DNA of 61,165 nucleotides, counting the filler. It is 4 parts of 4 records of this genome, joined end to end, with 100 filler letters (N's around TTAATTAATTAA, not from the genome) between each part and the next. Parts side by side here need not be neighbours in the genome. Positions count along the whole stretch, not along the records: positions 1 to 29,927 come from DRR723986_11140; 3 more parts are not named here. One strand, written 5' to 3'. Made by a program: the position numbers and the translations under genes. Shown here piece by piece: positions 9,903 to 19,252 of this stretch. The notes under the pieces were generated by a model, which saw nothing but the letters and a program-made list of their open reading frames with translations, was not told the DNA's origin and searched no databases. How positions within the stretch are numbered: the stretch's first letter is position 1; each line of letters begins with the position of its first letter.

Positions 9903-11621
9903 GTGTATTTTCTCGTACGCAGACTGACCGGCAGGGGCGCCAGCGAAGCACTGGAAGCTGACTTCCAGGGTGAACAGCTGACCTTTGGCAGTGGTGGCAT
10001 GGTCGAACTGCCCGGGCTGGATGGCAGCCTTCAGCTGGAAAAATCCGGCGATGGTGCCGCCCGCTACAGCGCGCGCAAGCTAGCCCTGGAGTTTGAGGGC
10101 AAGGCGACCAAGTCCGGTACCCTGGCGGTGGGCGACAGCCTGCAGTTGCCGGGATATACCCTGCAACTCATTCCCGCTCCGGCGGGCTTCGACCTGGCAG
10201 TGCAGCTGGCTCCGGCGGAAGGTCGTGCAAGGATCGACCACGGTCGCCTGACCCTGGCGGAGAGTGCATTCAGTATCCGCAGGGCCAGCTGGGTGTTGGC
10301 CCTGCTGGTCCTGATCCTGTTCCTGATCATACCGGCGGCTGGCCTGTTGCGGCCGGAGCTGGCGGGTGTATTGCGTGATTCGCCACTGCCGGATGATGGT
10401 CTGTGGTCCAGCGGCCCCCTGGCATCGGCCCACCGTACGGCAGGTGTGGCAGAAGACTGTGGCGCCTGCCACAGCACGCCGTTTGTGATGGTCAAAGACC
10501 AGGCCTGCCTCGACTGCCACCGCGAGACCCGGGAGCATGTCAGTCTCGAGGTTCACGATCCGGAATTGTTTACTGGCGAGCGCTGTGCCTCCTGCCACCG
10601 GGAGCACAATGAGCCCGCCTGGGTAGTTAACCGGGACAAGGGTCTATGCGTGGACTGCCATGCGGACACAGGCCCCTGGCAAGTGCCGGGGGCGAGCGGG
10701 ATGAGCCCGGTACATGCCTTTACCGGGTCCGGGCACCCGGATTTCCGCCTCGCCATGTTGCTGCCCCAGGGCCCGGGCGCTGCCCACGGCTGGGAAGTCA
10801 CCCGCCAGTCGCGCGGGGACGTGCCGGCGCAGGAGCAATCCAATCTCAAGTTTGACCATGAAGTGCACCTCGATAGCGACAAGGTGCAGCACGAGGGTTC
10901 CGGCGAGGCCCTGGCCTGCGCCAGCTGTCACACGCTGGCCGATGATGGCGAGCATTTCGAGCCAGTGACCATGGATGCGCATTGCCGCAGCTGCCACACG
11001 CTCAATTTCGACATCTTTGAACCGGACCTGGAACTGCCGCACGGTGACCTGAGGGCAGCGATCGTGGCCATGGAAGCGCATTTCATTCGCGAGTTCACTG
11101 ATCCGGCCTTGCGCCAGGAAAGGGCCGGCCAGAAGCCACGGCGCGTACCGGGTAAGCGCGAGGCGGCGGCTGCCTGTGAAGGCTCCGGCCTGGATTGTGG
11201 TCGGGCAGAGGCACTCAAGGAAGCACAGTACCAGTTTGCGGAAACCGGCTGTATTACCTGCCATGAAGTGACGGAAACCGGGCTGACCGATATTTCCGAC
11301 CGCTGGTTTGTGCAACCGGTGCGGGTGACGACGGACTGGTATCCGTTCAGCAGCTTTGACCACAGCGCCCACCTGTCACTGGCGTCCGACAACGAGGCCG
11401 AGGTCTGCGTTGCCTGCCATGAGGCACCGACATCCAGTGTTGCGACCGACGTCCTGATACCCGGTCAGGCCAACTGCCTGGGCTGTCACGATGAAAACAA
11501 GGGCAACTCGGCGGTGGACTGCGTGGGTTGCCATGACTTCCACCAGGCAACTGGCGGATTGTCCACACTTGCCCGTGGTGCCGTCATAGACCGACCCGCG
11601 ATGGACTTGCAGGGGGATTGA
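9903..11621 (+). CDS. Membrane-anchored decaheme cytochrome c with N-terminal cytoplasmic domain
   Basis: Ten CxxCH motifs after an internal TM helix (WVLALLVLILFLII); ~125-aa N-terminal domain precedes the TM. Confidence 0.85.
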   Translation: MYFLVRRLTGRGASEALEADFQGEQLTFGSGGMVELPGLDGSLQLEKSGDGAARYSARKLALEFEGKATKSGTLAVGDSLQLPGYTLQLIPAPAGFDLAVQLAPAEGRARIDHGRLTLAESAFSIRRASWVLALLVLILFLIIPAAGLLRPELAGVLRDSPLPDDGLWSSGPLASAHRTAGVAEDCGACHSTPFVMVKDQACLDCHRETREHVSLEVHDPELFTGERCASCHREHNEPAWVVNRDKGLCVDCHADTGPWQVPGASGMSPVHAFTGSGHPDFRLAMLLPQGPGAAHGWEVTRQSRGDVPAQEQSNLKFDHEVHLDSDKVQHEGSGEALACASCHTLADDGEHFEPVTMDAHCRSCHTLNFDIFEPDLELPHGDLRAAIVAMEAHFIREFTDPALRQERAGQKPRRVPGKREAAAACEGSGLDCGRAEALKEAQYQFAETGCITCHEVTETGLTDISDRWFVQPVRVTTDWYPFSSFDHSAHLSLASDNEAEVCVACHEAPTSSVATDVLIPGQANCLGCHDENKGNSAVDCVGCHDFHQATGGLSTLARGAVIDRPAMDLQGD

Positions 11622-11624
11622 GCG

Positions 11625-13598
11625 ATGGCTTGGAAACTTACAGGTGCGATTCTGGCCCTGGTACTGACAGCCTGCAGCGGCGGTGGGGGTGGCGGTAGCA
11701 GCGCCGGTACCTCCCCGGATGTCGACCCTGCGAATGACCCCTGCACAGGCCAGTGTGCCGGCCCGGATTCCCGACTGACGGTAGGCGATGTAAAGCAGGT
11801 GCTAGCTCGAGCGGTACACCAGGCTGAAGCGCTTGGGGAGACCGCCACCATTGCCGTGGTGGACCGGGTAGGTAACGTGCTGGCGGTGTACCGCATGGCA
11901 GGCAAGGTCAAGGATGTGGCCATCAGCACCACCTTCCCGACTACCATCACCACCGGCCTGGAGGGTGTTGTCTTGCCAGCGGCCATTGGGGGTGACGCCC
12001 TGGCGGCCATCGCCAAGGCGGTGACCGGCGCGTATCTCTCCAGCGAAGGTAATGCCTTCACCACCCGCACCGCGAACCAGATCGTGCAGGAACACTTCAA
12101 TCCCGGCGAGCAGAACCAGCCCGGTGGTCCCCTGTTCGGTGTTCAGTTCAGCCAGCTCGCCTGCTCGGACTTCACTCTGGGCGATGCTGGCGTTGGACCC
12201 GGCCCGCAGCGCTCACCATTGGGACTTTCCGCTGATCCCGGTGGCCTGCCATTGTTTAAGAACGGTACCCCCGTGGGCGGGGTCGGGGTGATTGCCGATG
12301 GTCAGTACTCGATCGACAAGAATATCCTCAACAGTGATCGCGATATTGACGAGATGATCGCTGTCGCGGCGACCTATGACTATGCCGCGCCCAGAGATCG
12401 GCGCGCCGACCGGATCACGGTGGAGGGCAAGACCTTCCGCTTCAGCGATGTGGATTTTGATGACCTGCCGGCGGACCCGGCCCAGGCCGCGGATTTTGAC
12501 TCTCTCGTGGATGCGGGCCAGCTGCTGCCGGTGAACGGTTACACGGATGGTAGTTTGCGCGCCGGTACCGCGTTTGGCCAGCCGGACTCCGGTATAGTTC
12601 CTGCCACCGGCTTTAGCGGCCTCGATGCTTTCATGTTCGTCGATGCCGCGGGCAATAACCGCTTTCCGCCTCGCAAGGGCACTGATGCTGACAAGCTCAA
12701 CGGCGCGCCGCTCTCGGCGGCGGAAGTACGCCAGCTACTGAATTCCGCAATCGCTATCGCCAATCGGTCGCGCGCCCAGATTCGGCGGCCCCTGGGCAGT
12801 AAGGCCCGGGTGACGGTCTCCATCGTGGACAGCCAGGGTACTATTATCGGGATGTTGCGTACCCGTGACGCGCCGGTGTTTGGCGCCGATGTATCCCTGC
12901 AGAAGGCGCGTACTGCGACCCTGTTCTCGTCGCGTGATGCCGCGGACTTCTTCCGCGGAATCACCAGCCCGGCCCAATACCTCAACCCCGACCTGACGCC
13001 CAAGGCGCAGGTGTTCATGGCTTCTTACGTCGATGCCGCGCAGAACTTTATCGGCCCCCAGGCATTGACCGACGGCACGGCCTTTTCCGACCGGGCCGGC
13101 GGCAACCTGTCGCGCCCGTTCTACCCGGACGGTATCCGGGGCAACGATAACGGCCCGTTCAGTAAATCCTTTCGCAATAATGAGTGGAGCGTTTTCTCCT
13201 CCGGTCTGCAGCTGGATCTGGTATTCAACCGGATCATCGAGCACATCTTGTTTGCGGCTGGCGCCGCGCCCGCGGATGTACCACCCAATTGCGCCGAGTC
13301 GGATGCTCCCAGGCTGGCCAACGGTAGCCAGATTTTCCCTGGCAGTGTGCCGATTTACCGCGGCGATGAACTGGTCGGTGGGATCGGGGTGTCCGGCGAT
13401 GGTATCGACCAGGACGATATGATCAGTTTCCTCGGAGTGCACGAGGCAGGCCTTGCCCTGAACGGAGCGATCAACAACGCGCCGCCTGAACTGCGTGCCG
13501 ACACACTCAAGCCCCAGGGCACGCGATTGCGCTACATACAGTGTCCGCAGACGCCGTACCTGGACAGTAACGAACAGCAAGTGTGCGACGGGAAGTGA
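11625..13598 (+). CDS. Lipoprotein with two GlcG/HbpS (heme-binding) domains
   Basis: Lipobox LTAC then Gly/Ser linker; two copies of IAVVD.../KAxT.../GGxPx..VGGxGVxxDG pattern. Confidence 0.78.
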   Translation: MAWKLTGAILALVLTACSGGGGGGSSAGTSPDVDPANDPCTGQCAGPDSRLTVGDVKQVLARAVHQAEALGETATIAVVDRVGNVLAVYRMAGKVKDVAISTTFPTTITTGLEGVVLPAAIGGDALAAIAKAVTGAYLSSEGNAFTTRTANQIVQEHFNPGEQNQPGGPLFGVQFSQLACSDFTLGDAGVGPGPQRSPLGLSADPGGLPLFKNGTPVGGVGVIADGQYSIDKNILNSDRDIDEMIAVAATYDYAAPRDRRADRITVEGKTFRFSDVDFDDLPADPAQAADFDSLVDAGQLLPVNGYTDGSLRAGTAFGQPDSGIVPATGFSGLDAFMFVDAAGNNRFPPRKGTDADKLNGAPLSAAEVRQLLNSAIAIANRSRAQIRRPLGSKARVTVSIVDSQGTIIGMLRTRDAPVFGADVSLQKARTATLFSSRDAADFFRGITSPAQYLNPDLTPKAQVFMASYVDAAQNFIGPQALTDGTAFSDRAGGNLSRPFYPDGIRGNDNGPFSKSFRNNEWSVFSSGLQLDLVFNRIIEHILFAAGAAPADVPPNCAESDAPRLANGSQIFPGSVPIYRGDELVGGIGVSGDGIDQDDMISFLGVHEAGLALNGAINNAPPELRADTLKPQGTRLRYIQCPQTPYLDSNEQQVCDGK

Positions 13599-13603
13599 GC
13601 GCC

Positions 13604-15493
13604 ATGGACAGGAGAGAGCTCGTGAAAAATCCGATTCTGTACCCTGCCTTGCTGGCGACGTTGCTGATGGTACCGCTCGTCGCGCCGGCACAGGATGAAG
13701 CGGCTGCCCAGGCAGCAATGGAAGCTGACGAGGCCTGTGATGATCTGCAGACCCGCGACCGCAGCCGCAGCAGTCGCCGCCGGACCCGGGCTGCGAACCG
13801 GGATTGCGAGTACCGCGAGACGGTAGTCGACCAGGAGACCGGTGAAGTCCTCCGCGAGACCCCGGTCGCCGCCGCCCCGCGCACCGTTCTGCCGCGGCGC
13901 TATTCACCGATTCCGCGACCGACAGCCGAGCAGTATGTGGAGCATGTGGCGATACCCGACCGCTGGCGCATCGTCGACAGCCTGGGCTACGAGGACAACT
14001 GGTGGAACCCGTATGACCAGAACACGATCAAGGGCGACAAACCCATCCACGATGACTGGTTCTTCAACGTAACCGCCATCTCAGACACCGTGCTGGAATT
14101 GCGTGAGGTGCCAACCCCGGTGGGTGTTCAGTCCACGGATCGAGCCGGCACGCTGGATGTACTGGGTGGCACCGAACAGGCGACGTTCAACCAGAACCTG
14201 GCGGTTGAACTGGTCTACTACAAGGGTGACACGGTCTTCAAGCCACCGGACTGGGAATACCGATTTACCCCGGTGTTCAACTACAACTACACCGAAATCG
14301 ACGAGGTGACCGGGATCAATGCCGATCCGGCGGATGGCATTACCCGCAATGACAACCATGTGGGAATCCAGGCGGCCTTTGTCGACAAGCACTTGCGCAA
14401 CGTCTCCGACCGCTACGACTTCGACAGTATCCGGGTTGGGATCCAGCCTTTTTCCAGTGATTTCCGCGGCTTCCTGTTTCAGGACGCGCCCTTCGGTGTG
14501 CGCCTGTTCGGCAACCGTGATAACAATCGCTACCAGTACAACCTGGCCTGGTTCCGGCGCATGGAGAAGGACACCAATTCGGGCCTCAACGACATCAGTG
14601 AAGACCTGCGCGAAGATGATGTGTTCGTGGCCAATCTGTATTGGCAGGACCAGCCGGCACTGGGTTTCTTCTCCCAGTTCACCGTGCTGTACAACCGCAA
14701 TCGCGAGACGGAAATCTTTTACGACACCAATGACTTCATTGCCCGACCGGCATCTATCGGTGAGGAGCGGTTGCGCGAGTATGACGCCTATTACCTTGGC
14801 TACAACGGCGACGGCCATTTCGGTCGGCTGAACCTGACGACCTCGTTCTATGTCGCACTTGGTGAAGAGGAAGATGCCGTATTCAGCGGTGAGTCGTCGG
14901 ATATCGAGGCGTACTTCTTTGCGGTCGAGCCGTCGATGGATTTCGATTGGATTCGGGCGCGCGCCTCCTTCCTTTACGGCTCAGGTGACGACGATCCCTT
15001 CGACGACAAGAGCCAGGGCTTCGACGCCATTTTCGAGAACCCGCAGTTTGCCGGTGCCGATACCAGCTACTGGATTCGCCAGGGCGTACCGTTGATCGGT
15101 GGTGGCCGGGTGGCCCTGTCGCAGCGCAACGGGGTGCTCAACTCGCTGCGTTCGTCCAAGGAACATGGTCAGTCCAACTTCACCAACCCGGGTATCTTCC
15201 TGTTGGGTGGCGGTGTCGACCTGGACCTGTTGCCGGAACTGAGGCTGTCGTTTAACGCCAACTACCTTGCCTTTGCCGAAACCGAGGTACTGGAAGTGGC
15301 ACGGCAGCAGGATAACGTCGACAAGGAGATCGGCCTCGACCTGTCGGCCGCCGTAATCTGGCGCCCGTTCATGAGCCAGAACGTGGTGGTTAGGGTGTCC
15401 TACGCCCAGCTGCTGGGTGGCGATGGCTTTGAGGATCTTTACGGGGATGAAGACCCGTACTCCCTGCTGTGCAACCTGATACTGACCTTCTGA
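13604..15493 (+). CDS. Putative outer-membrane beta-barrel protein
   Basis: Signal peptide (...PLVAPA/QD), aromatic/Asn/Asp-rich amphipathic strands, C-terminal Phe (LILTF). Confidence 0.72.
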   Translation: MDRRELVKNPILYPALLATLLMVPLVAPAQDEAAAQAAMEADEACDDLQTRDRSRSSRRRTRAANRDCEYRETVVDQETGEVLRETPVAAAPRTVLPRRYSPIPRPTAEQYVEHVAIPDRWRIVDSLGYEDNWWNPYDQNTIKGDKPIHDDWFFNVTAISDTVLELREVPTPVGVQSTDRAGTLDVLGGTEQATFNQNLAVELVYYKGDTVFKPPDWEYRFTPVFNYNYTEIDEVTGINADPADGITRNDNHVGIQAAFVDKHLRNVSDRYDFDSIRVGIQPFSSDFRGFLFQDAPFGVRLFGNRDNNRYQYNLAWFRRMEKDTNSGLNDISEDLREDDVFVANLYWQDQPALGFFSQFTVLYNRNRETEIFYDTNDFIARPASIGEERLREYDAYYLGYNGDGHFGRLNLTTSFYVALGEEEDAVFSGESSDIEAYFFAVEPSMDFDWIRARASFLYGSGDDDPFDDKSQGFDAIFENPQFAGADTSYWIRQGVPLIGGGRVALSQRNGVLNSLRSSKEHGQSNFTNPGIFLLGGGVDLDLLPELRLSFNANYLAFAETEVLEVARQQDNVDKEIGLDLSAAVIWRPFMSQNVVVRVSYAQLLGGDGFEDLYGDEDPYSLLCNLILTF

Positions 15494-15502
15494 GGAGCTG
15501 AT

Positions 15503-18500
15503 ATGAGATTTCGCGACAGTAAACAGCCCCGGAGAACAGGCCTCGCGGTCTGGGGGGCGGCACTCGGACTGGTCTTGCTCGCCGTTCCCGTCAGCTACAC
15601 CCTGAGTGCTTCCGGATACAATAAGGTCGAGCGTAATCACGTGACTGCGCCCAACGCGCCTGCCAGCCAGAGCAGCGCCCAGATGGATGCCAAGTCGGAA
15701 GGTTGCGAGAGCTGCCACACGGCCACGGACCAGAAAACCATGCACGCCAACCCGGCGGTGAAGCTGGGCTGTACCGATTGTCATGGCGGCAACGCCGGCG
15801 TGTTCCGACCCGAGGGCACCGACAGTATTGCCCAGCAGGCTTATCTCGGCGCCATGGAAGAGGCGCATGTGCTGCCGGAGTATCCGGATGACTGGCATTT
15901 CCCGTCCAGCGCCAACCCCGAGCAGTCCTATACCCTGCTCAACCGCGAGAGCCCGGAATTTGTCCGGTTCGTAAACCCGTCTGATTACCGAATTGCCCGA
16001 GAGGCCTGCGGCGCCTGTCACCTGCCGATCATCGAAGCCGCCGAGCGCAGCCTGATGGCGACTTCCGCCATGCTCTGGGGTGGTGCCGCCTACAATAACG
16101 GTATCCTGCCGTTCAAGCGTTACATCCTGGGTGAGGCCTATACCCGCGAGGGTGAGCCCGCCTCAATCGTGGCGCCGCTCAAGCCCACCGCCGAGATGAC
16201 CGAGCAAGCCAGCATCCTGCCCCAGCTTTATCCACTGCCGGCCTGGGAAACAGTCAAGCCGGGCGATATCTTCCGAGTCTTCGAGCGCGGTGGCCGTAAT
16301 ATCAGCAACCTGTTCCCGGAAACCGGGCTGCCCAATGCCCTCGGGCAGTTGCAGCGTCTGGAGGAACCGGGCAGACCCGATATCCGCCAGTCGAACCGGG
16401 GCCCCGGCACCGGTGGCCGTATTTCGGTGCCGCTGATCAATATCACCAAGACCCGCCTGAACGATCCCCATACCTGGTTTATGGGCACCAATGACCAGCC
16501 CGGGGACTACCGCAGTTCCGGCTGTGCTTCCTGCCACGTGGTATACGCCAATGATCGCGATCCCAAGCATTCCGGTCAGTACGCGCAGTTTGGCCATACC
16601 GGGAAATCCCAGAGCGCTGACCCAACCATTCCGCGGGACCGCGAGGGGCATCCGCTCAAGCATGAATTCACCCGGGCGATCCCCACGAGCCAGTGCATGA
16701 TCTGTCACATGCACCAGCCGAATATGTTCGTGAACTCCTACCTCGGTTACACGATGTGGGACTACGAGTCGGACGCACCGTCGATGTGGCCGGAGAAGCA
16801 GGTTTACCCGACCCACGAGGAGCGCCGCAAGGTCTACGATCGCAACCCCGAGGGCGCGGCACCGCGCGGCAAATGGGCGGATATTGAGTTCCTCAAGGCC
16901 GTATCGGAAATGAACCCGACCTTGAAGGATACCCAGTTCGCCGATTACCACGGCCATGGCTGGAACTTCCGCGCGATTTTCAAACGCGACCGCAAGGGCA
17001 ACTTGCTGGACGCCGAAGGCGATATCGTTAGCGATGAGGACCCGGACAAGTTCGACAAAGCGGTGCACATGGCATCGATCCATATGGATAAGGGCATGCA
17101 CTGCGTCGATTGCCACTACGCCCAGGATAACCATGGCAACGGACATATCTACGGCGAGGTCGCAGCCGCTGTGGAGATCGACTGCAAGGACTGTCACGGC
17201 TCGATCAACGCCTACCCGAACCTGTTTACCTCGGGTCCGGCGGCCCTGGAAGGCGGCACCGATTTGGGTGCGATCCGCAACCCGGATGGTCGCCTGCGCT
17301 TCGAGTGGGTCGACAATAAGCTGATGCAGCGCTCGGTGCTGGACCCGGAGCTGGAGTGGGAAGTCAGCATGGTCAAGGACTCGGTGGACCAGGATCACGC
17401 TGACTACAACGCGAAAGCCGCCCGCGCCAAGCTAATGAGCTCGGACACTGCCAAGCAGGACTGGGGTCAGGAGGTCGCCGCCAGCGGCAGCCTCGCACAC
17501 GACGACGAGGAGATGGAGTGCTATACCTGCCACACCTCCTGGACCACGAGCTGTGGCGGTTGTCACCTGCCTATCCAGGCCAACGAGAAGACCGACCGAC
17601 ACCACTACGAGGGTGGCGAGACGCGTAACTACGCGACCTACAATCCGCAGGTCGCCCGCGACCAGATGTTCCTGCTCGGCCGTCGTGAGACTGCCAAGGG
17701 CGGTAAGATTGCGCCGGTCCGTTCCACCTCCGCGCTGGTCCTGTCATCCACCAATGCGAATCGGGAGAAGATTTATATCCAGCAGCCGCCGATCGCGGCG
17801 AGCGGGTACAGCTCCCAGGCCTTTAACCCGCACTTCCCGCACACCGCGCGCAAAACTGAGACCAAGCAGTGCGAGGATTGCCACCTCAGTAAGAACAACG
17901 ACAACAATGCCATAATGGCGCAGTTGTTGATGCACGGCACCGACTTTGCCGACTTCCTGGGCTTTATTGCCTATGTGGGAAGTGAAGAGCATGTCACCGG
18001 CGTGCAGGTCACTGAGTGGGAAGAGCCGCAGGCGGTGATCGGCAGCTACCTGCAGCGCTATGCCTATCCCGATTATTTCCGGCAGCATGTGGATGCAGGC
18101 AGAATTCTGGCTCACGGCTATCCGCACGGTTCCGGGCCGGTTGGCTGTGTGCAGATGCGTGGCGAGTACCTGTATGTCGCCGAGGGCAGCAAGGGCATGC
18201 AGGCCTACGATATTGCCAGCATCGCCAACAAGGGCGTTTCCCAGCGGATAATCACTGCGCCCTTCAGCCCGCTGGGGCACGATACGCGGATTGAAAGCAG
18301 CAACGCCACCTGCGTGGTGCTGCCAACTACCCAGCCCATCCATCCCTCGCGCAACGAGGGTGACCTGATGCGCAAGGTGAATCTCGAGCAGCCTTTCCAC
18401 CCTCTGTACGAGTACGCCTATATTACCGATGCCGAGGAAGGCCTTATCCTGACCAGCCTCGACACCTTCATGGATGGGGAACCGCGCAACAATTTCCTGG

Positions 18501-19252
18501 AGCGGGCGCTGACCTGGAACGAGAACGGTGTGCTCAATGGTGCCCGGCATATGGCCATTGGGGGCTACTATGCCTATGTCATCGCCGATGCCGGCCTGGT
18601 CATACTCAATATTGATCAGCCGCTGGCGCCGAAGGTTGAGGCCGTCCTGGCCCTGAACAACGGCCACTCCGTGGCGCTGCAGTTCCGCTACCTGTTTGTG
18701 ACCGACGCCGACGGGCTTAAGGTAGTCGATATCACCCGGCCCGCCGCCCCGCGGCTGGTTGAGGGCAATACCATTCCCTTGCAGCAGGCGCGGCGCATGC
18801 ACCTGGCCAGGACCTACGCCTATGTCGCGGCCGGTTCCCAGGGCATGGCCATTGTCGATATTGAAAATCCGGAGCAGCTGAAGCTGGTGCAGACCTTCGA
18901 CACGGGGCTGGTGGACAGTCACGACGTGACCGTGGCGAGCACCAACGCCTCACTGTTCGCCTACGTGGCGGATGGCAAAGGCGGGCTCAAGGTGATCCAG
19001 CTCACGTCGCCCTCCAGTCAGCCGAAGTTTTACGGCTTCAGCCCCGAGCCTCAGCCAGAGTTGATTGCCAGCTACCCGACGGCGTCTCCCGCGCTGTCAC
19101 TGTCCCGGCCGCTGGAGCGGGACCGCGGTGTGGATGAAACAGGCGGTCAGGTGGCGGTGTTCGGCCGGGTGGGTTCACGGCCGCTGAACAAGGAAGAAAT
19201 GGAATCCCTGTATCTCGATAAAGACGGTAAGCCATGGTACGTGGAAAACTGA
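15503..19252 (+). CDS. Large exported decaheme cytochrome c with C-terminal LVIVD-like repeat (beta-propeller) region
   Basis: Signal peptide; ten CxxCH motifs; C-terminal repeats YLYVAEGSKG, YAYVIADAGLVILNI, YLFVTDADGLKVVDI, YAYVAAGSQGMAIVDI, FAYVADGKGGLKVI. Confidence 0.87.
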   Translation: MRFRDSKQPRRTGLAVWGAALGLVLLAVPVSYTLSASGYNKVERNHVTAPNAPASQSSAQMDAKSEGCESCHTATDQKTMHANPAVKLGCTDCHGGNAGVFRPEGTDSIAQQAYLGAMEEAHVLPEYPDDWHFPSSANPEQSYTLLNRESPEFVRFVNPSDYRIAREACGACHLPIIEAAERSLMATSAMLWGGAAYNNGILPFKRYILGEAYTREGEPASIVAPLKPTAEMTEQASILPQLYPLPAWETVKPGDIFRVFERGGRNISNLFPETGLPNALGQLQRLEEPGRPDIRQSNRGPGTGGRISVPLINITKTRLNDPHTWFMGTNDQPGDYRSSGCASCHVVYANDRDPKHSGQYAQFGHTGKSQSADPTIPRDREGHPLKHEFTRAIPTSQCMICHMHQPNMFVNSYLGYTMWDYESDAPSMWPEKQVYPTHEERRKVYDRNPEGAAPRGKWADIEFLKAVSEMNPTLKDTQFADYHGHGWNFRAIFKRDRKGNLLDAEGDIVSDEDPDKFDKAVHMASIHMDKGMHCVDCHYAQDNHGNGHIYGEVAAAVEIDCKDCHGSINAYPNLFTSGPAALEGGTDLGAIRNPDGRLRFEWVDNKLMQRSVLDPELEWEVSMVKDSVDQDHADYNAKAARAKLMSSDTAKQDWGQEVAASGSLAHDDEEMECYTCHTSWTTSCGGCHLPIQANEKTDRHHYEGGETRNYATYNPQVARDQMFLLGRRETAKGGKIAPVRSTSALVLSSTNANREKIYIQQPPIAASGYSSQAFNPHFPHTARKTETKQCEDCHLSKNNDNNAIMAQLLMHGTDFADFLGFIAYVGSEEHVTGVQVTEWEEPQAVIGSYLQRYAYPDYFRQHVDAGRILAHGYPHGSGPVGCVQMRGEYLYVAEGSKGMQAYDIASIANKGVSQRIITAPFSPLGHDTRIESSNATCVVLPTTQPIHPSRNEGDLMRKVNLEQPFHPLYEYAYITDAEEGLILTSLDTFMDGEPRNNFLERALTWNENGVLNGARHMAIGGYYAYVIADAGLVILNIDQPLAPKVEAVLALNNGHSVALQFRYLFVTDADGLKVVDITRPAAPRLVEGNTIPLQQARRMHLARTYAYVAAGSQGMAIVDIENPEQLKLVQTFDTGLVDSHDVTVASTNASLFAYVADGKGGLKVIQLTSPSSQPKFYGFSPEPQPELIASYPTASPALSLSRPLERDRGVDETGGQVAVFGRVGSRPLNKEEMESLYLDKDGKPWYVEN

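Noticed and set aside
13604-13630. DRRELVK twin-arginine-like motif on the barrel protein (also RR in the 15503 protein)
   Set aside because: Weak match; beta-barrels and c cytochromes use Sec export
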